Below are positions 27,001 to 39,000 of a stretch of DNA of 54,923 bases, piece after piece. Made by a program: the position numbers and the translations under genes. The notes beneath the pieces were generated by a model, which had not been told where the DNA came from, searched no databases, and was given only the letters and a program-made list of their open reading frames with translations. This stretch comes from Candidatus Omnitrophota bacterium (GTDB lineage: Bacteria; Omnitrophota; Gorgyraeia; Gygaellales; Profunditerraquicolaceae): the NCBI GenBank assembly GCA_041309145.1, contig JBFZAG010000152.1, forward strand, positions 1-54,923, in the 5' to 3' direction. The first letter of the stretch is position 1; each line of letters opens with the position of its first letter.

Positions 27001-30000
27001 GGCTCAACGACGTCTTCCGCAAAGCTCACGGCAATGTCGCGCTTCTGCGCCAGGCTTATGATAATGTCTACGCCGCGCTCAAGGGAGACCGGGATAATAT
27101 TGACCTGGCGTTTATCGCCATGTATCTTGATACGGCCAGCAGTTTAAAAGTCCGCGAGGCAGGCCAGGCGCCTTTCAGCGAAGAAAAAGAATTTTTGAAA
27201 GGTTACAGTGCCGGGAAAGCGGCATTTAGAGAGTCATTTATACTGGATTCATTGGAAGATCAACTGCCGGAAAGCCCTTCTAAGAATACTTTATTCGAAC
27301 AGCGTTTCTTTGCCCGGCGGGTTCACGATCTTTATGCTCCGTTCGCCGCAACTCTCGGGCTGACGGCGCTAGCCTTCAGGCTGCAGAAGCGCGCGGCTCT
27401 GTATATCGGGGAATCCAGGGGCGCAGGGCTTGATACAGGCGTTTTATTAAGGCAGCTTTCGGATAAAATAACTGCGCTTTTGTTGTTGCCGAGCGAAGAA
27501 CAAATTGAGACGGAAAATGAGATGGCCGAAGTTTTCATCCCTCTGGCAGGCTACATCCAAAGCCAGGGAGCGCGTTACGCCCAACTGGACAAGCAGATGC
27601 GGGAGATCCTCGGCCGATACGAGGCGTTTAAAACGGCGCGCGCAGGTTATGTGCAAAAGACGCAGGAGCTGATCTTCGGATTAGTCGATGTGAAAGCGGC
27701 AAAGGCAGCTTTAGAGCAAAAGCTTTCTCTGGTCGAGACGTTCCGCGGCCGCGAATTGACCGCCGCCCAAAAAGAAATTCTGGCAGAGATAAACTTTGTC
27801 TATATCCCGCTGGCTTATCGCCTTGGTTTCGATTCTCTGGCTTCGAAACTGCGCAACAGCTGTTTTACCCTCACTTCACCCGTTTTATCAAAGGCCATTG
27901 AAGATGCCTTCGCTGAATATTATATCGAACCTCAAGGAATTTGCGCCAGCGTAAGTTTTAATATCAAACAAGCTCTTGAGGGAGCCGCGATTTCCAGATT
28001 TGACAGCAGAATAAAAGAAGCCCTCAGTATTTACCTGCGGCTGAACAAAAAATACGGAATACCTTTGGACCCGGAAGAAATAAAGGACTACAACAAGTGT
28101 TACGCGTATGTTCTCGGGTTGCTCCAAAATGGCGCTGAGATCGCCAATGATTATATCGGCCTGAGGATCCTGAAACAGGGGATCAAGATAGACGATATCT
28201 GCGCGAAAGTAGAAGCAGCGGGGTTCCCGCTTAAAGAAAAACGCGAGACTCTCCAGAACGGCATTATCCGGGCAAACTGTTTCTTCCGCCTTCCGGAAAT
28301 TTATCCGCTCGATCCGTCAATGCCGTATTCGAAACGGTACTTTGAACTTCAAATATACGAAGAATCGACTTTCGTTTTCTCGAAGGCCGAATACGGCGAA
28401 TATAAATTGCGCGGCCATTCGCCGCAGGGCTCGGTTTTCAGCGAAGATCAGCTAAGCGCTTTGCGCGCGTGCACAACTGAGGAAGAGCTCGAAGCCCAGC
28501 TGTTCGAAATAATTAAAAAGAACCACGGAAAAGACGGCGGGGAAAAGATCAATATTGTTTTCAGCATGGGCGGGACGAAGTTGGCTATCGCGGCTGTAGA
28601 CCGGATGGCGAATATTCATTATTTGTCGGAACTGAAGTGGCAGGAAAAGTTCGGAAAGCCGGTTAAGACGGTTTCAGCGCATAAAGTCGAAGATGTGATG
28701 ATCCAGGAGATCTTACAGCTTGTTCATTCCTTGCCGCTTAACCCGCGCCAGATAGGAAAAGCAGGTATTGCTTTTGCCGGACCGGTGGATATGGAACAAG
28801 GAATAGTCGGTACGCCTTTTGCCGCTCCGAATCTGCCGTTCGACCATTATCCTCTCAAGAAAAATCTGGAATTCCTTTTGAGGAGGGAATTGAGAAGAAA
28901 GATCAACGTGCAGATCACAAACGATTGCATTTCCGCTTTATTGGGTGAGCTTTCCCCGAAAGGGGCGTTGTATAAAAGCGGAACGGGCATGGTATTTATT
29001 ATCGGCACCGGAGTAAACGGAGCCGCGGCTAAGAACGGAAAAGTACACTTAGGAAATTTCAATGAGATCCAGGAGCTGGGCCATAATATTGTTTTGACTT
29101 CCGAAGAAAAATACATTTATACCGGGTTTGCCACCAAAGGCAGGCATCCTCTAGATGAGAATGGCCAGCCGGTCCGGAATGATCTCGATGAGCTGCTTTC
29201 CGGCCGCGGCCTGGAACGCAGATTAAAGGCTCAAGGTTATTCTCATCTGGAGATCACCGAAAAAGCCATTAAGGGCGACAAGAAAGCGATCGAGCTTATT
29301 CAGGCTTACGCCAGCGATCTGGGCCTGGCGCTGGCCGCGTTCATCCATGCTTATCTCAACGAAGATTTCGTGCGGAAGATAGTCTTGGTATCTTCGGTGG
29401 GAGAAAAGTTCGCTAAAGGGTTAAAAGATGAATCCGGGAAAGACCTTTTTATTTTAACTGTCAGGAAAGCGGTTTCAACCGAATTGGCCAGCCGGGGAGT
29501 GGAAAAACTAAAAGCGGACAGATTAGCCAGAGGCATCAGGCGTTCCCGGCTGGATTATAAAAGGGAATTGATAGCTTTCAGCCAGGACGGCGGCAAGAAA
29601 TTCGGGGCGCTGGTCGGCGGGAATATGGTTGTCAAAGAAGGCGTTCATGTTGAGGTCGCAGAGAAGAAGAAAGACGGCGGTGATATAGCTAAGACCGAGG
29701 TTAAACTTTCTCCTCATGAGGCGACAGAAATACTGCGCAAACACATTGCGGAAACTGTATTGCCAGGGCTGGACTTCGAGTCTTCCTACAGATTTTACAA
29801 GTTTTTGCTGAACGCGCTTTTGAACCAAAAGAATATTTATTTTATCGCCGCGGGCAGGAGCGGCCAGGCCGGCACTATTTTCGAGATCCTCACCGATATT
29901 ATGCAGTATGCTTTCCAGGAGCTTAACGAAGAGCGCCTGACCAAGTCAATTTACCGGATCGACACAGAAGATGATTATCCTCCGGTCAGAAAAGGGGATC

Positions 30001-33000
30001 TGGTGATCGTGATCAGCGGCTCCGGATCGACCCCGTCAGTCAATTTGTATGCCCAGGACGCCAAAGGGCAAAAGGCGGATATCGTAGCGATTACCGCCAA
30101 GCCCCAGGCGGAGATCTGGCAAAAATTAAACCCCAAAGCCGTCATAGAAATAAAAGGGGTGACAAAAGCTGACAGTCAGGCCGCCTCGGTCGAGCTTAAA
30201 GAAGAAATCGAGCGTTTTAATAAGGCCGCTCCGATGGGCACCAGTTTTGAGCTTCCGGCCGCGCTATATTTATTGAGCATGGTGGAATGTTTGGGCACCA
30301 AGATCAAAACAGCGGATAAGTTAGAATTTATCATTCGCGGTTATTTCGCAAAGCTGCTGGACAGCCTTCAAGGGGAAGCTTTCAAGGAGTGCTGTTCGGA
30401 AGACAAGATCGCCCAGGCGGTCAGTTTGATCAACGAAGTAAAGAACAGGAACAAGGATAAGATCAACAAAGCCCTGGATGTCCTGGAAAAGGCCAGGTTC
30501 GCAGGAGCTTATTCCCGAAAAGAATTTGACCTGGCGATCACCTCTTTAAAAGAAGTCAGGGACAGCCACCCGGCGAAAGTGTATATTTCCGGGGACGGGA
30601 TCAGCCATAAGATAGCGCTTATGTTCATGACCCGTTTGCGCCATCTCGGCGTTGCCGTGGAAGTGGCCGGAGCCCGCCATGTCCAGACGGAATTGCGCAA
30701 GGACGATGTGGCGATCATTATCGGCGCCTATACCAGGGAAGACAGATTCCGGCACGTGCTGGAAACCGCTTTGGCAGTAGGAGCCAAGACGATCATTATT
30801 GCCGGCAAATACGATCCGGAATTAGAAGCCAAAGTCAATGTCGCCTTCTTTGTTAACGGGACCAGGCGCATTCCTCCGGGGCTAGATTTCGCTCAGGTAA
30901 TGGTCCGGGGAATGAAAAAGCCGTTCAAGCCCAGCACCATGCTGTTCTGGGCTAAGGCATTGATATTGACCGATGTATTTATCTCGCAAATGGGCAAAGT
31001 CGAGAGCCACGTCCAGTGGCCGCTGGAATACCCGGCTTTGACTTCATTCAAGCCCTATGCCAGAAGAACACTGCCCAATGCTCAGCAGTATAAGGCTATA
31101 ATTGAAGATCTGGGTGGTAGCAGTAATTTGGCTGATCTGGGAATTGATTTATGTCGTTTGAATATATTCATGAGCCCGGGTTTGCAGGCTATATCCGGAG
31201 TGGCACGGGGAGAATTGACTTTATTCGTTAATCCCAATATTTGCCGGGCTCCTCCGGAGCAGAGGAAAGTCATCCTGCGCCACGAACTCTTCCATTTGCT
31301 TGATCCCGAAAAATCCGAAGCCGAGATCCAAGAATTCACCATCGCTTATCTTATCGAACACAATCTTTTAGCCAGCCATATTGATTTCCTGAAAAATTCC
31401 GGCTGGCTGGTTGTTGACGAAGCCTGGCTGGTCCGGCTTGAAACCGCATTGGCCCGCGACGGCGGCGATGCCGAGCGCGAGCGGCCGCTGGAATCAAAGC
31501 AGGCGCAATTGTTTGAGCTGGCCCAGGAAATAATCGGACCGGGCTATACCAAAGTCGTTATTCAGGGTAAAGCGGGAAAGATCCTGAATGCGATAATAAC
31601 GCTGGTCAATATCCTTATTCTTTCCGCTGAAATATATGTCAGCGCATTTATCATCTCGTTTCTGGCCGGAACGGTATTCGGGCCGTCTTTTGCCTTCTTT
31701 GACTTTTTTGTTTCCGGGATAGCCGCCCTGGCGATCGCCTCATTCGTTGTTTTAGCCGGGTCAGTGAAAAAAATAGCCCGGCCGCCGTTTCTGGTCATCT
31801 CCTGGCCGTTTTACGCTACCTTCGACGCCCAAAGCATAAAACAAAGGATCATTGAAGCCGGCAGAAATGCTCCGGTGTCTGTTCAGAAAAATCTTTTCAT
31901 ACAATTATGGATGCCGACCAAGAAGATCGGAAAGATCGAAAAGCGCGGAAGATTGCTGGAGGACTTTGAGTTTACAAATATTATTTCCGGAGAGACGGCC
32001 ATAGTCCTGATAGTCGACCGGTCCCGCCCGGCAGAAGACAGCAATATTCTTTCCCAGTTCATCTCATTAGAGCAAATACTCGCTGATCTTTCCAGGGAAA
32101 AAAGAAAAAACGATCCGGTAACGGAGCCAGGTTCAAAGGACGGCGGAGCAGAAGTGGTCGCGGTCAAGCCAGCGGATGATGTCTGGCAAAAATACCGGAT
32201 TTTTGATTTTACTCCGGAAAAGGCCGAAGAGGATTTCCGGGGTATTAAAAATCTGATCGCCGGAAAGATCATGGATAAGGCCCTGGCTAAAGTCTATCCG
32301 GATGTGTCAGCTGGCCAGGCCGAGAAGATCATCATCGAATTCGCTCTCCATGTCGGCGCGGCCGCTTACTATAAAGTTACCTATAAAACAGGATCGTGGG
32401 AAAGAACCTTGTTCGCGGGGGTAAAGTCTTACCATGACTTTAACAGCAGGCAACTTTTAACCTGCAGCGAAAAAGGGATCAGGTATTATCAGGAGATACT
32501 GCGGGATCTGGGAATGGTCAATTCCATTATTCCGGCTTTCTGCGCCCGGCCGGGGATCGCCGCGGCAATTTCCGGTTATGAGCAAATGAGCGGGCTGGGA
32601 GTTCTCGGAGATGAAATGGAGATCGTTCGTCCGGTAATGAGCGTTGAGTTCTTGAGCGGAGATGACGGTATTTCCGCGTTCAAGGCCAGAACACAAGCTT
32701 ACCAACAGTTGACTCCGGAAGCCGAACAAGCTGTAAAGCTGGCGATGAAGCCGTATATTGTTTTATTCGCCGAATCTTACAATACCAAAACCGGGCTGGT
32801 TTGCGCGGATATGTCTTTGATCAATATTATTTTTACCCAAGATGGCCCGAAGATCGGAGACATTTCCGATGTTGACCCCGGACAGCCCCGGTTATCGAGA
32901 ATTAACCTGGAGGAATTTAAAAATAAGCTGAAAGGCTTCCATGGCCTGGAGAGAAGAGCGAGCATCAAGAGCCTGATCGAAAAAAACGAAATAAGCCAGG

Positions 33001-36000
33001 ACTTGTTCTCCATATCCGATAAATTGATCGATGAGGCTTTAGAAGAAGCGCTGGCTCAGCGCCCGGATTTAAAAGATAAATTAGGGCTGAAAGATCCTAA
33101 AAAAGACGGCGGTCAAATAGGCGCGAGCGCTAAATCTAGAAACAGCCTGGGCGCTTTGGTAGCCATGATATTAAGGGGATACGGGGTGGGTAGACCTACC
33201 GTGGCAGGTGGTCCCACCCCCTCCTTAAGCTCTCAGAAAGACGGGGGGAAAGAAAAGGCAAAGAAAACAATTGCTGTTGCCGCTCAAGAAAAGGATCTGC
33301 GCGAGCAGCATATCGCGGACCAAAGGAAAATGCGCCGGCGGGACCTTGCCGAGATCATCTTATGCCCGATAGGAATAACCGCTATTTTACTGGTGACCCT
33401 CGGCAAAAGCATAGGGTATGTTCCGGCGTTTTTAGTAGCGCTGGCCTATGTGGGATCTGTTTTTGCCAGAGCGGCAGTGACCGACGAGATCCACTGGTAC
33501 AGCCAGGAATTGGGAAAATGGAACCTCAAGATAATCGATTGGCCAAAACTCGGGCAATTCTTATACAACAACTTAGAGGGGCTGTTTATCTTTACTTTGA
33601 TCAACGGCTTAATTTTGTGGACTTGCCTGGACTACGCCCACCTGGCCAACGACTTCACCATCTGGGCGATCCAATTGCCGGCCAACGTGATCTTAGGCGC
33701 TTTTTACTCAAAGTTCAACCGCATCCGGCAAGGTTTCGGCAAAGAAGCTCAGTCAAATGAAGTGTTCAAAGACGTGACCTTGAACATCGGATCGGCGTTC
33801 TTTATGCAGATATTTTACAATTACCTTTTTACCTTTTTACCGATGGATACTCAAGGGGTAAACGGTATATACCAGGTTATCCGCAAGGCTATCAGCCAAA
33901 CCTGGAGCATGACCATCGATTACCGTTATCCGAAGCTGGTGATCAGGAGAAAACTCGGCAACATCAAACTCTATATTCCTTTTAACTATAAAGAGTTCCA
34001 TAATGCCGTAGAAACTCCCGGAGGGATCGTGATCAAGACCAAAGTGATCAACGCTTCCCGCCTGGCTAAAGATCTGGCTGACGATATGCTAGTCGGGATG
34101 GGCTCTTTGGTGGAGCGGATGAAAAAGGAGTATAAAGGCAAAGATCTGTCAAAAGACGCGGATCTTGACGCTATGCTGGCCGAGATCCGCAGGTCGTTCT
34201 TGCAAAGCAAAAAGGCCAAAGACGGACAGCCGCCCCTTATGGTAAGCACCGCTAATATCGACGGGCTGATGAAATTCCGGGAGAAATTAGCTAATCAATT
34301 TGTCAAGCAGGGGATCCCGCTTAAGATCAATACGATCAGCGAAAAAGCTCTTGTCCGCAAGCTTGATGTCGACAGGGAAGAAGACCGGCCGGAGGAGATC
34401 AACCGGTTTATAAAGGAACATCTGACGGTCTATGAAAGAATAGGACGCGCCAAAACAGACCAGGTTTACCGGACCCGCCTGGCCATGGCTTCTTTGTTCG
34501 GAGGAAAGAAAAACCGCCGGGCAGAGTGGTGGCAGCAAAACCTGGGCGCAGAAGACGTGGCTGAAGAGGAAGTCTTATTGCTGGCGGTTGATCGGTCGAG
34601 ATTGCCCGCCCAGGTGCAGGAAGAATTAAAAGACAAAAATGTCATCGTTGACCGGGTAGCCGGAGCGATAATTTTATTGACCACCGGAAAAGATAAGTCA
34701 TTGTTCGACCTTACCTATGAAGCGAGCATGGCGATCTTCTGGCTGCTGGGTTTTAATTCCCCGACCATAGCTTATCTTAAGGAAAAAGACCCGGAAACTT
34801 TCGGAAAAGAATTTATAACTTACATCCAGGCCTGCCATAAGCCGGTGAACATCGAACTTTTCGGCTGGAGCCATCGCGAGATCCTGGAAGGGATATTAGC
34901 CCAAAAGACCATGGATTTCATGGCCAGGATCGGAGAGACCGAAAGTATCGCCTACAAGAAATTCATCACTTCTTTTTCCGAGCTGGGAGCTATCCCGGTC
35001 ATAATCGACCGGTTGGATTTTCCCTTCCGGAAGCTGAGCCGCTTATATTTTGTCCGGCGCTACCTGGAAGAAACCGGGCTTAAGATCACCGCCGAAGAGC
35101 TGATCCAGCGGAACGCCACCGAGCTATATTCCGATTTCTGGAGCGCATTGTTTGATCACGATCTAGAGATGGCCGAAAGAAACAGCAACGGTTTCTGGAA
35201 GAAGTTAAAAGCCAGGCTGAATTTATCTTCTCAAAAAAGCGACACAGACAACAAAGCCGCTTTACCTAAGATCAGAAGCATCGGTTCCGGCATTGCCCTG
35301 ATTTGCTCAACCTTCCGTGGCTGGTGGTGGGCAAATTACCTAAGGGCAGCCGGAACCGTAAATTTTAAAACGAGTGGCGACCAGCCGCAACAAGACGGCG
35401 GCCGGATCATCCCGATCATCGTGAAAAGCGATGTGGTTAAAATGGGGATTTACAAGGTGTTGGAGGCTCTTCCCGGAAAGAAGCTGACCCGCTTGGAGAT
35501 CGAAAAAGCCACCGGCCTTAAGACCGGAGTGGTCAAAAAGGAATTGCGGAGATTGCGCAAGGCTGGGATCGTGGCGCAGGATAAAAAAGGTAGGGATTTT
35601 CAATACGGTCTGAGCAAATCAGCCAGGGGAAAAGACCGCATAGAGCTGCTTCAAAAGAAAGGTTTTATTGTCCTGGAAGATGACCTAAGGGAAATAGTCC
35701 GGGAGTTTAAGGCCGAAAAAGGGGGAAAGATCTCCAGGGCGGAAGTTGCCCGGATGCTCAGAGATGAGAATAAGATCAACAGAAACAGAAGGTCGATCGG
35801 CCGCTTATTCGCGGATGTATTCCTGGAGGATGAGATTTCCGTCCAGGAGATCCGGGAGGAGTATCTTAAAGCTAAAAGTTATTCCAAGACGGCTCAGGCC
35901 TTCAAGGAGAAAGGTAAAATAATCGACAGGAACACTATCTCGCGGATAATCAACGAAAAGAACCTCGGATCCAGGTCAGCCTATCATCGCCAAACCGCTC

Positions 36001-39000
36001 TTGCGGATTTAGACCGCGGCTTGGTCCAGGGAATGGGCAAGCCGTTTAGCGCCGCCAATATCTTGAACCGGGAACAGAAAACCGTTACCCGCAATTCCAA
36101 TATCTGGAAAGGGCTAAAGGAGCTTGGGGCATTTTTAGATCAATATCCTTTGAGCCCGGAAGAAAGGATCGCGGCCAGGAGATTGCTTTTGCAGGCCGCG
36201 GATTCCCGGGAGTTTATTATTGACAGCCGGTTCGCTGAAGATAAGACTCTGGGGAGCCTGGAAAATGCCGGCCTTCTTGAGCCGATCAGCCGGAGCCAGT
36301 ATATATTGGCGGAAAAAGTCGAAGAGTTTCTCTTTACCCGCAAGATCATTGATGCCAGGCGCGAATCCGCCAAAGTCTATCTGGCATTTTTACTGAAAGC
36401 TGAGGGAAAGAATGCCAGGGAAATCGCTGCGGCTCAGGAAGCGCCGATCAAACGGGTAACCAATAATTATTTCCTGATTTTGGCCAAAGCCGGGCTGATC
36501 GAGCATAAGAAGCCAGGTTTTTACAAAGTCACTCTTGAAGGGCAAAGGTTAATAGCGGATAAAATATTTGTCAGCGCTCAAAACAAAAACATGTTCGCTC
36601 AGGCTAAAGCCAGGAATCTGGATGCGCTGAAGCTTTTAAGAGTGCTGGCGCTGCTCGCAGAGAAAGTGGCAATAGCCAATATCGCTCAAAAGCTGGGCAT
36701 GGAACAGTCTGCGCTAAAAAAAGAATATCTGCGCTTCTTGGACAGGGAAGCCGGCCTGATCATGTTGTCCAGGTATCAGGATAACCAGGGGGGGTGGCGC
36801 GAAGAGTATAAGGTGTCAGGCCGGGGAAAGAGGCTGGCAGACAGCATTGATCCCAAGTTAAAGCAAAGTATTCTGGGTTGGTTGGCCAAGGCTGATCAGG
36901 ATGGCGGGATAAAGATCATCGGTTTGGCCGGCATTGTGGGAAGCGGGAAAACCGAGGTCGCTGCCAGGCTGACGGAATTGCTGGGCGATGAGGCGGAAAT
37001 AATCGAGATGGATAAGGTGGGAGATCAAGCCCGGGAAGACAGGAAATACGATATTGCCGGAGCATTCGGCCGGGGAGTGATCAGCGGCTCGGGAAAAGAA
37101 GTGGATAAGGAAATGTTGAGGATGCTGATCTTAGGAGACCTAAAACAGATCAAGATCCTCAATAAGATCCTTTTTTCGCGGATGGAAGAGATCGCCATGA
37201 CGCGTATCGAAGAGGCGCGGTCAGAGCAAAAGAAGTTCGTAGTCATCGAAGCGGCGGTATTGCCGAATTTGAAGAGCTTGTATTCCTTATGCGATGAAGT
37301 CTGGCTGGTTGAAGCGCAAGATTCATTAAGGCGTCAGAGGTTATTGAAAAGAGGAAAAAGTTTGGATTGGATCTTAAAGTTCGAAGGCTTGCAGAAAGAC
37401 GCCTTAGAAGAATTAAACCGGAAACCCGGCATACGCCATATCAACAATAACGGCACCACCGCCGATCTAAAACTGGCTGTTTTCAAGGCTCTGGCCGAGT
37501 TTAAGAGTAAAGACGGCGGAATGATCCGGCCGGTTGCGCTGATAATCCTGGACGGCTGGGGATATAAAGAAGATGGTTCCGATAACGCGATCTTTCGGGC
37601 CAGAAAGCCGACCTGGGATAAATTGATCGCCAAACACCCGTATACTTTCCTGGAATCGTCGGGATTAGCCGTAGGTTTGCCGGACGCGGAAATGGGCAAT
37701 TCCGAAGTCGGCCATTTGAATATCGGCGCCGGAAGAGTGGTTAAACAGGGAGTGGTGCGGATCAACGAAGATATTTCCAGAGGCACATTCTTTGCTAATC
37801 CCGCTTTGAAGGCTGCCAGCGAATTTCTTAAGGCCCATCCGGATAACAGCATCCACTTTATGGGGCTGATCTCCAACGCGGTAGTCCATTCCGATATCAA
37901 GCATTTGCATGCCTTATTGGAATTCGCCAAACGGGAAGCAATTACCAACGCATATATTCACGCTTTGACTGACGGACGGGATTCCCCGGCTCAAAGCGGA
38001 GCGACCTGGATGGCTAACCTTAAGGAAAAGATTAAAGAGGAAGGCAATGGCGAGTTTGCTTCGGTAGTCGGCAGATATTACGCCATGGACAGGGACAACC
38101 GCTGGGACAGGGTAAAGCTGGCCTACGAATTGTTCACCGAAGGCCAGGGTAATCCGGCTAAGGATGCTTTAGCCGCAATAGAAAATTCATACCGGGAAGG
38201 GCTGACTGACGAATTTATCAAGCCTATCGTTATCACTAGAGATGATGATAAGCCGGTGTCAACGATCAAGAATAATGACGTGGTTGTATTTTTCAATTTC
38301 CGGGCTGACCGGGCCAGGGAGATCACCCGGGCATTCATGGAAGACGATTTCGCGGGTTTTAAGCGTAACCTAAGACCCAATGTCAAATGGCTGTGCATGA
38401 CCGAATACGATAAAGAATTTTATAAGTTTAATGATCTCTCGGTAATCTTCGGCCCGGAATACGTCAAAAATAATTTAGGCGAATATATATCAGCACAGGG
38501 TTTAAAACAGCTGCATATAGCGGAAACCGAGAAATTCGCCCACGTGACCTTCTTCTTTAACGGCGGAAGGGAAAAACCGTTCGAGAACGAAGACCGGATA
38601 TTGATCCCTTCCCCTAAAGAGGTGGCTACGTATGATCTAAAACCGGAAATGTCCGCTTATTTGGTTACAGAGCAATTACTCAAAAGAATACAAAGCGAAG
38701 TCGATGATTTTATCGTTTTGAATTACGCTAATCCGGATATGGTCGGCCATACCGGGAAAATGGTTCCGACCATTCGGGCCATAGAGGTGGTCGACGAATG
38801 CCTGGGCAAGGTCCTGGCAGAACTGGCAAAACATAACGGGATCGCCCTGATCATGGCTGACCACGGAAATGCCGAAGAGATGGCCGGAGAGCATCAGACA
38901 TCCCATACCCTTAACCCTGTTTTCTTTATGCTGGTAGACTCCGCGAACAGATTAGGCAAGATCAAGTTGCGCGAAAAAGGGGCTTTGTGCGATGTCGCTC

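Noticed and set aside
37334-37948. 204-aa minus-strand ORF, plus the overlapping 81-aa ORF at 37665-37910
   Set aside because: It is antisense to the N-terminal part of the iPGM module, the most confidently identified domain in the window, and cannot also be a real gene on present evidence.
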